Assembly: GCF_000406145.1 (NCBI RefSeq) | Contig: NZ_CM001976.1 | Coordinates: 3,353,206 to 3,385,205, forward strand | Length of the DNA: 32,000 bases | Direction: 5' to 3' | Source: Dickeya dadantii NCPPB 898 | GTDB lineage: Bacteria; Pseudomonadota; Gammaproteobacteria; Enterobacterales; Enterobacteriaceae | Shown here: in pieces, positions 14,249 through 22,120 of the stretch | Layout: every line of letters starts with the position of its first letter | How positions within the stretch are numbered: position 1 is the stretch's first letter | Translations under genes and position numbers: made by a program | Notes under the pieces: generated by a model | Seen by the model: the letters and a program-made list of their open reading frames with translations, nothing else | Database searches by the model: none | What the model was told of the DNA's origin: nothing

Positions 14249-15496
14249 TTACTGATTGCTGGCCTGCATCGCCTCGACCTGCATCTTGATTTGCTTCACG
14301 GCGTTATCGAGCGCCGCTTTCGGCTCCTGTTTGCCGGTCATACTCAGCTCCAGCGCCGCGTTGGCCGGCCCCCAGACTTCGCCCATTTCCGGAATGCCCG
14401 GCATCGGCACGGCTCTGGCGGCCTGGATGGCGACCGCGCTGGCCTTCTCGTCGTTTTTAATCAGCGGATCGTCAATCATGCTTTTTTGCGGCGGGATCTC
14501 GCCGGTGCGTTGATAGCGGACCTTCACGTAGCGCGGCTGGTTGATGAACTCGATAAACCGTTGCGCCAGCGCGTTGTCCTTGCTCCAGGTCGATACCACA
14601 TACCCTTTCACGCCAAGGAACGAGCTCATCGGTTTGCCGTCCGGCAGCAGCGGCAGCGGCGCCACGCCGTAATGAATGCCGGCGGCTTCGTAAGGCTGGA
14701 ACGCCCAGGGGCCGTTGATCACCGCTGCCGCTTTTTTCTCGGTGAACAGCGAATCGATGGCATTTAGCCCGTTATCGCCGATGATCCCCGCCGGGAACAG
14801 CTTGTCGGCGTAGAATTTGCGCAGCAGCGTCACCGCTTCCACCGCGCCCGGCGTGTTCAGGCCGATATCCAACGGGTTGAGGCCGCCTTTGTCGTTTTTG
14901 CCGGGGTCTTTTTTACCAAAGATATAGCCGCCCATCGGCCCGATCGCGCCCCAGCTGTAGTAGATCTGATCGAACTTCGCCAGCAGCCCGAATTTGTTCT
15001 GCGCCTGCTGCTGCCGGGAAAAGTCATACCACTCCTGCAGGCTGGCCAGCGGTTTGCTCACCTGATCTTTGTTGTAAATCAGCACCAGGGTTTCCACCGC
15101 TTTCGGCAGACCATAGACCTGGTTGTTCATGCGAAATGCCGCCATCGACGCATCGGTGAAGCTGTCTTGCTCGGCCTTATCGAGCTTCAGCGGCGCAATC
15201 AGCCCCTGCACCACCGCGCCGCCCAGTTGATCGTTGGGGATCACCAGCACATCGGGGCCGATGCCCGCCGGGCCGTCCAGTCGCAGTTTTTCCAGCTGCT
15301 GGGCATACGGCATTTCCTGCAGGTTCACTTTGACGTTGAACTGTTTTTCGAAATCCCCGATGGCGTCCTTGATGCCATCCGATTTCCGGATATCTTCCCA
15401 AACGGTCAGCTGCTGCGCGGCATGTACCGGAAAGGCCGCCAGCTGGCCGGCAGCGGTGGCGGAGAGAAGCAGGGCGGTAAGCGTTTTGGTTTTCAT
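14249..15496 (-). CDS. ganE: Periplasmic oligogalactan-binding protein (MalE-like, SBP family 1)
   Basis: 415 aa with signal peptide MKTKTLTALLLSATAAGQLAAFPVHA/AQ and a MalE-like body. GAGG lies 6 nt upstream of ATG 15496. The ORF-track start at 15523 adds 9 residues with no RBS. Confidence 0.9.
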   Translation of the reverse strand: MKTKTLTALLLSATAAGQLAAFPVHAAQQLTVWEDIRKSDGIKDAIGDFEKQFNVKVNLQEMPYAQQLEKLRLDGPAGIGPDVLVIPNDQLGGAVVQGLIAPLKLDKAEQDSFTDASMAAFRMNNQVYGLPKAVETLVLIYNKDQVSKPLASLQEWYDFSRQQQAQNKFGLLAKFDQIYYSWGAIGPMGGYIFGKKDPGKNDKGGLNPLDIGLNTPGAVEAVTLLRKFYADKLFPAGIIGDNGLNAIDSLFTEKKAAAVINGPWAFQPYEAAGIHYGVAPLPLLPDGKPMSSFLGVKGYVVSTWSKDNALAQRFIEFINQPRYVKVRYQRTGEIPPQKSMIDDPLIKNDEKASAVAIQAARAVPMPGIPEMGEVWGPANAALELSMTGKQEPKAALDNAVKQIKMQVEAMQASNQ

Positions 15497-15662
15497 TATC
15501 GACCTCATGTGAAGGTATAACATTTTTAAGCAAAAAACCTGGCACTTCGCATTGATAAACGCATCATGGCTGATTATATCTGGCCTTAACGACCCTGATT
15601 TTTACCATTGATGATGTTATACGCTACGCTAACCATAAGGATATGACGACAGGAAAGTGACT

Positions 15663-15679
15663 ATTGTGTGATCACAATT
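15663..15679. promoter_or_regulatory. lac-operator-like palindromic element in the ganE/ganK divergent control region (candidate GanR operator)
   Basis: The minus strand reads AATTGTGATCACACAAT (lacO1 is AATTGTGAGCGGATAACAATT). The core TGTGATCACA (15667-15676) is a perfect palindrome. The neighbouring regulator has a LacI-like recognition helix. Confidence 0.45.
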
Positions 15680-15853
15680 GCAGAAATGAAACGTGCCGAT
15701 AGGGTGCTAAAAACAAGGTGGTTATAGTCATCTCAACGTGAAATCGCCGTCAGGTTGGCCCGCAATATTTGTTATACGTAATACACAACCTTGCCGGCGC
15801 GACCCGACCCGCCCCTGTGGTCGCCGTATTGATAACCCGTTGAGGAAAAACGG

Positions 15854-16963
15854 ATGTCCAGCATATGCTTAAAAAATGTCACCAAACGCTTTGGCAAAAC
15901 TGAAACGCTGCACAATATCAATCTGGATATCCAGGCGGGTGAATTTGCGGTGTTTGTCGGGCCTTCCGGCTGCGGCAAATCCACGTTGCTACGGATGATC
16001 GCCGGTTTGGAGGAGATTAGCGATGGCAAGATTCTGATTGATGACGAAGTGATGAATGACGTCGCGCCGGCCCACCGCGGCGTGGCGATGGTATTTCAGT
16101 CCTACGCGCTGTACCCACACATGACGGTGGCGGAAAACATGGGCTACGGACTGAAGGTCAACAAGGTGCCGAAGGCGGAGATTCGCCATCAGGTCGAAAT
16201 GGTCGCCAAAACCTTGCAGTTGTCTCACCTGCTGGACCGCAAGCCTAAACAGCTGTCCGGCGGCCAGCGCCAGCGCGTCGCCATCGGTCGAGCCATTGTG
16301 CGTAACCCGAAAGTGTTCATGTTCGACGAACCGCTCTCCAACCTCGACGCCGAACTGCGGGTCGACATGCGCCTGCACATCGCCAAGCTGCATCAGGAGT
16401 TGAAAACCACCATGGTGTATGTCACCCACGATCAGGTGGAAGCGATGACGCTGGCCGACAAAATCGTGGTGATGAACAACGGCAAGGTGGAGCAGACCGG
16501 CTCGCCGATGATGCTGTACTACAACCCGGTCAACCGCTTCGTCGCCGGTTTTATCGGCTCGCCCAAAATGAATTTCCTGCCCGCGACCGTCGTCGCCTGG
16601 CAGCCGCATCAGTTGACGGTGACGCTGACGGCGGAAAAAGCGCTGACGCTGGATATCGACACCACACCGTTACAGCCCGGCGACGCCGTCACGCTGGGGA
16701 TCCGTCCCGAACACCTTGGCATTCAGCCGTCGCATCAGGCAACGCTGGCTTTTCAGTGTGAAGTGGTGGAACGACTGGGCAACAACACCTACCTGTTCGG
16801 CCAGTGTTACGGCTACGACGGCGTCAAAATCCTGCTGCCCGGCGACGTGCAGTTCCGCCCCTGGCAGGCGATTACCGTTGGTTTCGACGCCGCTCACTGT
16901 CTGGTGTTCAACGCCGAAGGTCTACGCATCAACGCCGACGCGCCCGTTCCCGGTATGCATTGA
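15854..16963 (+). CDS. ganK: ABC transporter ATPase (MalK/UgpC-like)
   Basis: 369 aa with Walker A GPSGCGKST, signature LSGGQRQR, Walker B VFMFDEPLS and a MalK-type C-terminal domain. GAGGAAAAACGG precedes the ATG. Confidence 0.94.
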   Translation: MSSICLKNVTKRFGKTETLHNINLDIQAGEFAVFVGPSGCGKSTLLRMIAGLEEISDGKILIDDEVMNDVAPAHRGVAMVFQSYALYPHMTVAENMGYGLKVNKVPKAEIRHQVEMVAKTLQLSHLLDRKPKQLSGGQRQRVAIGRAIVRNPKVFMFDEPLSNLDAELRVDMRLHIAKLHQELKTTMVYVTHDQVEAMTLADKIVVMNNGKVEQTGSPMMLYYNPVNRFVAGFIGSPKMNFLPATVVAWQPHQLTVTLTAEKALTLDIDTTPLQPGDAVTLGIRPEHLGIQPSHQATLAFQCEVVERLGNNTYLFGQCYGYDGVKILLPGDVQFRPWQAITVGFDAAHCLVFNAEGLRINADAPVPGMH

Positions 16964-17301
16964 CCGCATCGCCAGCCGCGTCACTGCGCGGGACGGTATC
17001 AGACCGATGTCTGTTGCGCCGCGCAGTCGCCCCTGCCGCTCCTCTTCTTCCCCCTCTTCTCACCCGGTCGTTAGAGATAGATAACCGCGCGCCGAACCGG
17101 CACCTGTCAGGTGCAGGCAATGCCCCCGTTCGGTGAGGATAGACACCTTGATGGGTCATGGCGTTACGTTCTGGCGAAAGGGGGTTTACCATGCCGGCAA
17201 CGCGCCGTGAATTACTCACGCACGACGCGTGGAATCGCCCGCCAGACAGTACTCCGTCGCTACTCTTGTCCCGGTTAATTCGGCCATCGCTTTTATCTGG
17301 C

Positions 17302-17327
17302 ATAACTCTTGCTGATAACTCTTGCTG
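17302..17327. repeat. Perfect 13-bp tandem duplication
   Basis: ataactcttgctg (17302-17314) is repeated exactly at 17315-17327. Confidence 0.9.
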
Positions 17328-17394
17328 TTGGATGTCGACTGCGTGCACAGCCTGCATTGGCGTTCAGGCTGTGTTCCCTGCGCTCTGAGCATCG

Positions 17395-17450
17395 TTTTTG
17401 ACGAACACTTTTTGACGAACGCTTTTTGATGAACGCTTTTTGATGAACAC
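17395..17450. repeat. 14-bp tandem repeat x4 immediately upstream of the amidohydrolase start
   Basis: tttttgacgaacac / tttttgacgaacgc / tttttgatgaacgc / tttttgatgaacac. The copies are contiguous and differ only at two positions (C/T and A/G). The array ends 13 nt before ATG 17464. Confidence 0.9.
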
Positions 17451-17463
17451 CAAGAGAGACGTT

Positions 17464-18567
17464 ATGCCCAACGTATTCGATCACTACCGTTACCTGCACA
17501 CCATTCCGGAACTGGGGTTCCAGGAATTCAAGACCGCCGATTACCTGGCCGCGCAGCTGGAAGCGGCGGGCTACCGCCTGACCCGCGGCGTCAACGGCAC
17601 CACCGGCATGGTGGCGGAGCTGAACAGCGGCGCACCCGGCCCGGTGCTGGCGTTGCGCGCCGACATGGATGCGCTGGGCCATATTATTGACGGCGAGTTC
17701 TGTGCCCGCCACACCTGCGGACACGACGCCCACGCCTCAGTGGTGCTGACCGCCGCTCAGGAACTGATGCGCGACGGCGTGGTGAAGAAAGGAAGGCTGA
17801 AGATCCTGTTTCAGCCCGCCGAAGAGCTGGGTACCGGCGCCATCGCCATGGTGGAAGGCGGCGCCATCGACGACGTGGACATGATCCTCGGCTTTCACCT
17901 GCGCCCGGTGGAAGAGTGCCAGTTGGGCGAAGCGATACCGGCGATGCACTATTCCGCCAGCAGCACGCTGGAAGTCACCTTTCACGGCCAGCCGGCGCAC
18001 GGCGCGCGGCCGCATCTGGGCGTGAACGCGCTGGAAGCCGCCGCCAACGCCGTCATGGCGGTGAAGGCGGTTCCGCTGGCGCCGCACCTGACCTGGAGCG
18101 CCAAAGCCACCCGGTTTCTGTGCGACGCCGGCGTGACCAACTCCATTCCTGATAGCGCCACGGTGTGCTGGGACCTGCGTGCGTCCCGGAATGATGCGAT
18201 GGACGAGCTGAAAGCCAAAGTGATCCGCGCCATTGAATATAGCGCGGCGGCTTACGGCGCGACGACCGAGATCACACTACTGAAAGAGATCCCGGCGGCG
18301 GATATTCATCACGACGCCACCGCCCTTATCAGCGCGGCCATCGTGGATGTGCTGGGCGAAGCCGGTCTGACCGCGCCCAAAAGCACCGCCGGCGGAGAAG
18401 ATTTTTTCTTCTATCCGCGTCTCAAGCCGCAGATTAAGGCCGGCTTCTGGGGGCTCGGCACCAATCTCAAGCCGGGGCTGCACCACCCGGACATGCATTT
18501 TGAATTATCGTCGCTGGAAACCGGCGTGCAGGTATTCAAACGCTGCGTGGAAAAGATGCTGGGATAA
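17464..18567 (+). CDS. M20D-family amidohydrolase (aminoacylase/hippurate hydrolase-like)
   Basis: 367 aa with HTIPELGFQEFKT, ALRADMDAL, HTCGHDAH and FQPAEE metal-binding and family motifs. GAGAG lies 5-6 nt upstream of ATG 17464. The ORF-track TTG at 17440 lies inside the tandem repeat. Confidence 0.88.
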   Translation: MPNVFDHYRYLHTIPELGFQEFKTADYLAAQLEAAGYRLTRGVNGTTGMVAELNSGAPGPVLALRADMDALGHIIDGEFCARHTCGHDAHASVVLTAAQELMRDGVVKKGRLKILFQPAEELGTGAIAMVEGGAIDDVDMILGFHLRPVEECQLGEAIPAMHYSASSTLEVTFHGQPAHGARPHLGVNALEAAANAVMAVKAVPLAPHLTWSAKATRFLCDAGVTNSIPDSATVCWDLRASRNDAMDELKAKVIRAIEYSAAAYGATTEITLLKEIPAADIHHDATALISAAIVDVLGEAGLTAPKSTAGGEDFFFYPRLKPQIKAGFWGLGTNLKPGLHHPDMHFELSSLETGVQVFKRCVEKMLG

Positions 18568-18577
18568 TATCGAGGCA

Positions 18578-18606
18578 TCCCCGGCAATACGCCGGGGACA
18601 TTTATT
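18578..18606 (+). terminator. Rho-independent terminator after the amidohydrolase gene
   Basis: tccccggc (18578-18585), loop aatac, gccgggga (18591-18598), followed by catttatt. Confidence 0.7.
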
Positions 18607-18642
18607 ATCATGAAAAACACTGACGATCAGGAAAGACACAAA

Positions 18643-18987
18643 TTATTTAACCAGCTTCCACACGCCGTCTTCCTGAATAAAAGTAAAATTGACGGTCTCT
18701 TTCTTGTTTCCAACCAGTGGCAATGACATATCCAGGTCGACATTGCATTGATAGCCTTTATTTTCACTTCTGATGCAATTCAGCTTTTTTAACGAATTGA
18801 TTTTCAGCACCATTGCGTCATTAAAAAGCGTACCGACTTTTTGTTTCATTTCCCGATTGGTTTGCGCCACCATCTCGTCAACTGCTTGCCCGATATCCTG
18901 CTCGGTCGGCTCGCGGCCGCCACATCCCGATAACACCACGGCAACCAACGCACAAAAAGCAGCCTTATTTATCATCATCACAGACAT
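18643..18987 (-). CDS. Small lipoprotein of unknown function
   Basis: 114-aa ORF with a lipobox (AVVLSG/C). The mature part of about 90 aa has two further Cys. The start may be ATG 18978, which has AGGG 9 nt upstream. It lies in an AT-rich stretch. Confidence 0.7.
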   Translation of the reverse strand: MSVMMINKAAFCALVAVVLSGCGGREPTEQDIGQAVDEMVAQTNREMKQKVGTLFNDAMVLKINSLKKLNCIRSENKGYQCNVDLDMSLPLVGNKKETVNFTFIQEDGVWKLVK

Positions 18988-19012
18988 CCCTATTAAAAAC
19001 GTGCATAAACCC

Positions 19013-19312
19013 CTATAAATGCTTATTCAGCAGCAAAGCGGCGTATCTGAATATACCTGTCGTTTTTCGCGCGGCGGACACGTTGCCATCCTTTGCGGCC
19101 AGTATGGTCGCACCGTATACCGTCAAAATGCGAAGAACCGCGTTCAAGCGGTATTTCGACAGGTTCTCTTTTATCCGGCGATTGGCCTTCGCCAGCCGAT
19201 GCAATAACCGATATCTGCCGGTCAAACCATCAAAAATAAACAAATCATTCACATTACGATTACCGCTGAATAAACTGCACGACGGTATTATCATAAAGCC
19301 GCTCAAACACAT
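19013..19312 (-). CDS. Hypothetical 99-aa protein; C-terminus weakly resembles a Fis-type HTH
   Basis: The ORF ends 25 nt upstream of the lipoprotein gene on the same strand. The C-terminal DGNVSAARKTTGIFRYAALLLNKHL loosely resembles GN..AA..LGI.R.TL.RKL. It is overlapped by two plus-strand ORFs of similar size, so whether it is coding is uncertain. Confidence 0.3.
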   Translation of the reverse strand: MCLSGFMIIPSCSLFSGNRNVNDLFIFDGLTGRYRLLHRLAKANRRIKENLSKYRLNAVLRILTVYGATILAAKDGNVSAARKTTGIFRYAALLLNKHL

Positions 19313-19485
19313 AGCTATTCTCTCCCCTGCTCTTGCAATGGAACAAAAATCAATCAGATAACGATAAAAAACAGATCTTTGTCACATTCATTTTTACAGT
19401 ATTACGGATATTTCATAAATAAAAATGACATAACTCTCTTTTCAAAATTAGAAAATAAAATAAATGATATTCACATCAGGTTAAT

Positions 19486-19506
19486 TTTCGAAACAGCGGT
19501 TTATTT
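19486..19506. promoter_or_regulatory. Weak KdgR-box-like element upstream of pelI
   Basis: tttcGAAACagcgGTTTAtttt has half-sites GAAAC and GTTTa in an A/T-rich context. The spacer is one nt longer than in the ATGAAACAnTGTTTCAT consensus as I remember it. Confidence 0.25.
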
Positions 19507-19626
19507 TTCTCGCCCTTTTTATTTTTTGTTCTATAGTAAGCTCGATACATTCAGGAAGTACCCGCTTTTATTTATTTCTCTCAACTGAATGAGAGTCAAT
19601 ACCTGTGGGATTTACAAGGAGATTGT

Positions 19627-20661
19627 ATGTTTAAGTATGTAATACCTCTGTGTGCACTCACTCTGGCGGCACCTTCATTCGCCGCCCAAACCACACTGAT
19701 GCTTTCTCAGAAAAGCGATGTGAATTATCTGGGCTGGTCTACCGACGAAAGTAAAGTGGCGCGTCAGGAAGTTTATCGCGGCACTACCAGCAACCCTGAC
19801 CTGCGTGAACGTATCGCCGTGCTGGACGCGGAAACCCGTACCTTTAAAGATACCGACACCAATAGCGGCCTCAATTACTGGTACTGGGTGGACGTCGTCA
19901 GCGAAAATCAGGCTCAGGTCGTATCAAATGCCGTCACCACCGCACCGAACGCCGGCCCGCTGCGCGCAGCGAAAGCCAGTTCCGAGTGTAAGCCGGGCGC
20001 CACGTTCGAAAACCGGACGGTGGATTGCGGCGGCGTGACCATCGGCACCTCCTGTCCGAATGACAGCGACAAACAGAAACCGCTGATCATTCTGAAAAAC
20101 GCTACGGTGAAAAACCTGCGTATTTCCGCCTCCGGCGGCGCGGACGGCATCCACTGCGACAGCGGTAACTGCACCATTGAAAACGTGATCTGGGAAGACA
20201 TCTGCGAAGATGCCGCAACCAATAAAGGCAAAACCATGACCATCATCGGCGGGATCGCACACAACGCCAAAGACGGTTACGGCGGCAAACCGGACAAAGT
20301 GCTGCAACACAATTCCAAAAACAGCACCACCGTGGTGAAAGGCAACTTCACCCTGACCGGTGAACACGGGAAACTGTGGCGTTCCTGCGGTGACTGTTCC
20401 GACAACGGCGGCCCGCGCTTCCTGACCATTACCAGCGCCACCGTCAACGGCACCATTGACAGCATTGCCGGCGTCAACCGCAACTACGGCGACGTGGCGA
20501 CCATCAGTGGTCTGAAAATCAAGAATTACAAAGAAGGCAAACCGCCGGTTTGCGAAGAGTTCAAAGGCGTAGTAAAAGGCCAGGGCTCAACGGAAAAATA
20601 CGGCGAAAAATGGGACACCACCAACTGTAAGGTTAGCCGTTCAGGCGTCAGCAAACTCTGA
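19627..20661 (+). CDS. pelI: Pectate lyase PelI (N-terminal FnIII domain + PL3 catalytic domain), secreted
   Basis: 344 aa with signal peptide MFKYVIPLCALTLAAPSFA/AQ. An FnIII-like module (YRGTTSNPDL...YWYWVDVV) is followed by a Cys-rich PL3 beta-helix (ECKPG..VDCGG...DGIHCDSGNCTIENVIWEDICEDAAT). It matches my recollection of E. chrysanthemi 3937 PelI in length and architecture. AAGGAG lies upstream of the ATG. Confidence 0.94.
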   Translation: MFKYVIPLCALTLAAPSFAAQTTLMLSQKSDVNYLGWSTDESKVARQEVYRGTTSNPDLRERIAVLDAETRTFKDTDTNSGLNYWYWVDVVSENQAQVVSNAVTTAPNAGPLRAAKASSECKPGATFENRTVDCGGVTIGTSCPNDSDKQKPLIILKNATVKNLRISASGGADGIHCDSGNCTIENVIWEDICEDAATNKGKTMTIIGGIAHNAKDGYGGKPDKVLQHNSKNSTTVVKGNFTLTGEHGKLWRSCGDCSDNGGPRFLTITSATVNGTIDSIAGVNRNYGDVATISGLKIKNYKEGKPPVCEEFKGVVKGQGSTEKYGEKWDTTNCKVSRSGVSKL

Positions 20662-20719
20662 CAGGGTCGTCTGGCCGGTTGAAACACAACACGGGCTTCC
20701 TGGCGTATCAACCAGACAA

Positions 20720-20745
20720 GACCGGGCTACGCGCCCGGTCTTTTT
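20720..20745 (+). terminator. Rho-independent terminator after pelI
   Basis: gaccgggc (20720-20727), loop tacgc, gcccggtc (20733-20740), followed by TTTTT. Confidence 0.8.
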
Positions 20746-20763
20746 ATTTCCCGGCAACGCCGG

Positions 20764-21852
20764 TTACGCCGCCACGCTGGTCGCCAGCGTCTCCACCCGG
20801 TGTATCGCCTGACGCACCCGCTGCTCCGTTACGGTAAACGGCATATTCGCCATATCCGGCGCATCAACCGATGCACGAACGATCGCCGCCAGCTCCGCCT
20901 CTGACAGATCCGGGCAGATCGCCGCCAGCGTCAGCGGCACTGCACAAGCCTGAGCCAGCCGAATCGCCGCCAGCAGCTCTTCATCACTACGCTGCTCCAG
21001 CGCCAGCAGACACAGATTGCCGAAGCCGACCAGCAGGCCGTGACCGAATTCGCGGGTCTTATCACAAACGGTAAATCCTTCGTACAACGCATGAGACGCC
21101 GCCGCGTGTGCGCCGCTGGCCATCAGCGACGTCAGCCCGGCGAACAGGAAGATGGCGTCCAGCACCTGATCAAGTGCGTCGCTGGGTTGTCCGTCCATTA
21201 CGGCACGGCAGGCGGCCTCGCCGTGCTGTTCGATTAAGCGAAAACAGATCTCACTGTTAGCTCGTGACGATGCGGCAAAGCCGCTGCCGTTGTCGCCCGT
21301 GTCGATAACGCGAAACTCATACCATTTTGCCAGCGTATCTCCCAGCCCGGCCGCCAGCCAGCGCAGCGGTGCACGCACCAGTAGCGCGCTGTCGATCACC
21401 ACCGCCGCCGGCGCCACCGGCAGGTGATACAAATCGTGGAAATGCCCGTCATCATGGTAACGAACCGACAGCGGCGTCACCGCGGCACACGTGGCGGCAA
21501 TCGTCGGTAGCGTCACTGCTGGAATGCCGCACTGAAACGCTACCGCTTTACCGGTATCCAGCGCCTTGCCGCCGCCGACCGCCAGCAGCAGATCGCTGCC
21601 GGTTTCACGCACCCGCGCGCACAGCCGTTCAATCTGACTGACGCTGCACTGCTCGCCGGACCACTCCACCGCGGTCAGCGTTACCCCGGCTTGCCGCAGT
21701 TGCTCGATAATCAGCGTCTGCGCTGCCGTCAGGGCCTGATGCCCTCCCACGACCAATACCCGACTCCCGAGCCGGGCGCACACTTCGCCCAACTGTTGAC
21801 TGACTCCTGCGCCACGCAACACGGTGGCGGGGAAAAAGACCTGTTGTGTCAT
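20764..21852 (-). CDS. Iron-containing alcohol dehydrogenase family oxidoreductase (YbdH/HcxA-like)
   Basis: 362 aa, the same length as E. coli YbdH, sharing PTIAATCAAVTPLSVRY (YbdH: PTIAATCAAWTPLSVWY) and AGLGDTLAKWYEF (YbdH: AGIGDTLAKWYEA). Confidence 0.87.
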   Translation of the reverse strand: MTQQVFFPATVLRGAGVSQQLGEVCARLGSRVLVVGGHQALTAAQTLIIEQLRQAGVTLTAVEWSGEQCSVSQIERLCARVRETGSDLLLAVGGGKALDTGKAVAFQCGIPAVTLPTIAATCAAVTPLSVRYHDDGHFHDLYHLPVAPAAVVIDSALLVRAPLRWLAAGLGDTLAKWYEFRVIDTGDNGSGFAASSRANSEICFRLIEQHGEAACRAVMDGQPSDALDQVLDAIFLFAGLTSLMASGAHAAASHALYEGFTVCDKTREFGHGLLVGFGNLCLLALEQRSDEELLAAIRLAQACAVPLTLAAICPDLSEAELAAIVRASVDAPDMANMPFTVTEQRVRQAIHRVETLATSVAA

Positions 21853-22120
21853 CTCGATTGCTATTCCTGTTCGCTGTCATTGCGGTTAATGGTCTACCGG
21901 GGTGCAGTATTGCCCCCTTGTTTTACAAAAACACGCCATTTATCAAGCAAACACCATGCCATTGATGGACTGTTCCTCGCTACAGTCCAGGTAGTTTCAC
22001 CATAAAAATGAGGATGTTTTTTACCCAGCCTGACGAATAACTGTGAAGCAGCGCATAGCACGCTCACTAATATACTTGTATGGTAGTTAGAGTAGAGGAC
22101 ATAAAAAGGACCCATGAAAC

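Noticed and set aside
15667-15676. TGTGATCACA considered as a CRP site
   Set aside because: The TGTGA and TCACA half-sites abut with no 6-bp spacer, so it cannot be a canonical CRP site. It is better interpreted as the core of a LacI-family (lacO-like) operator.
17395-17450. Tandem repeats considered as a CRISPR-like array
   Set aside because: The units are contiguous 14-mers with no spacers, there are only four copies, and no cas genes are present. This is a simple tandem repeat.
19379-19588. 69-aa plus-strand ORF in the pelI upstream region
   Set aside because: The DNA is extremely AT-rich. The product is dominated by F/I/K/N/Y, there is no RBS, and it overlaps the expected pelI regulatory region.
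21894-22115. 73-aa minus-strand ORF in the Fe-ADH/rspA divergent promoter region
   Set aside because: No RBS and no similarity. The region is better explained as divergent promoters. The 7-bp stem ggactgt..acagtcc (~21966-21987) was noted but is too weak to interpret.
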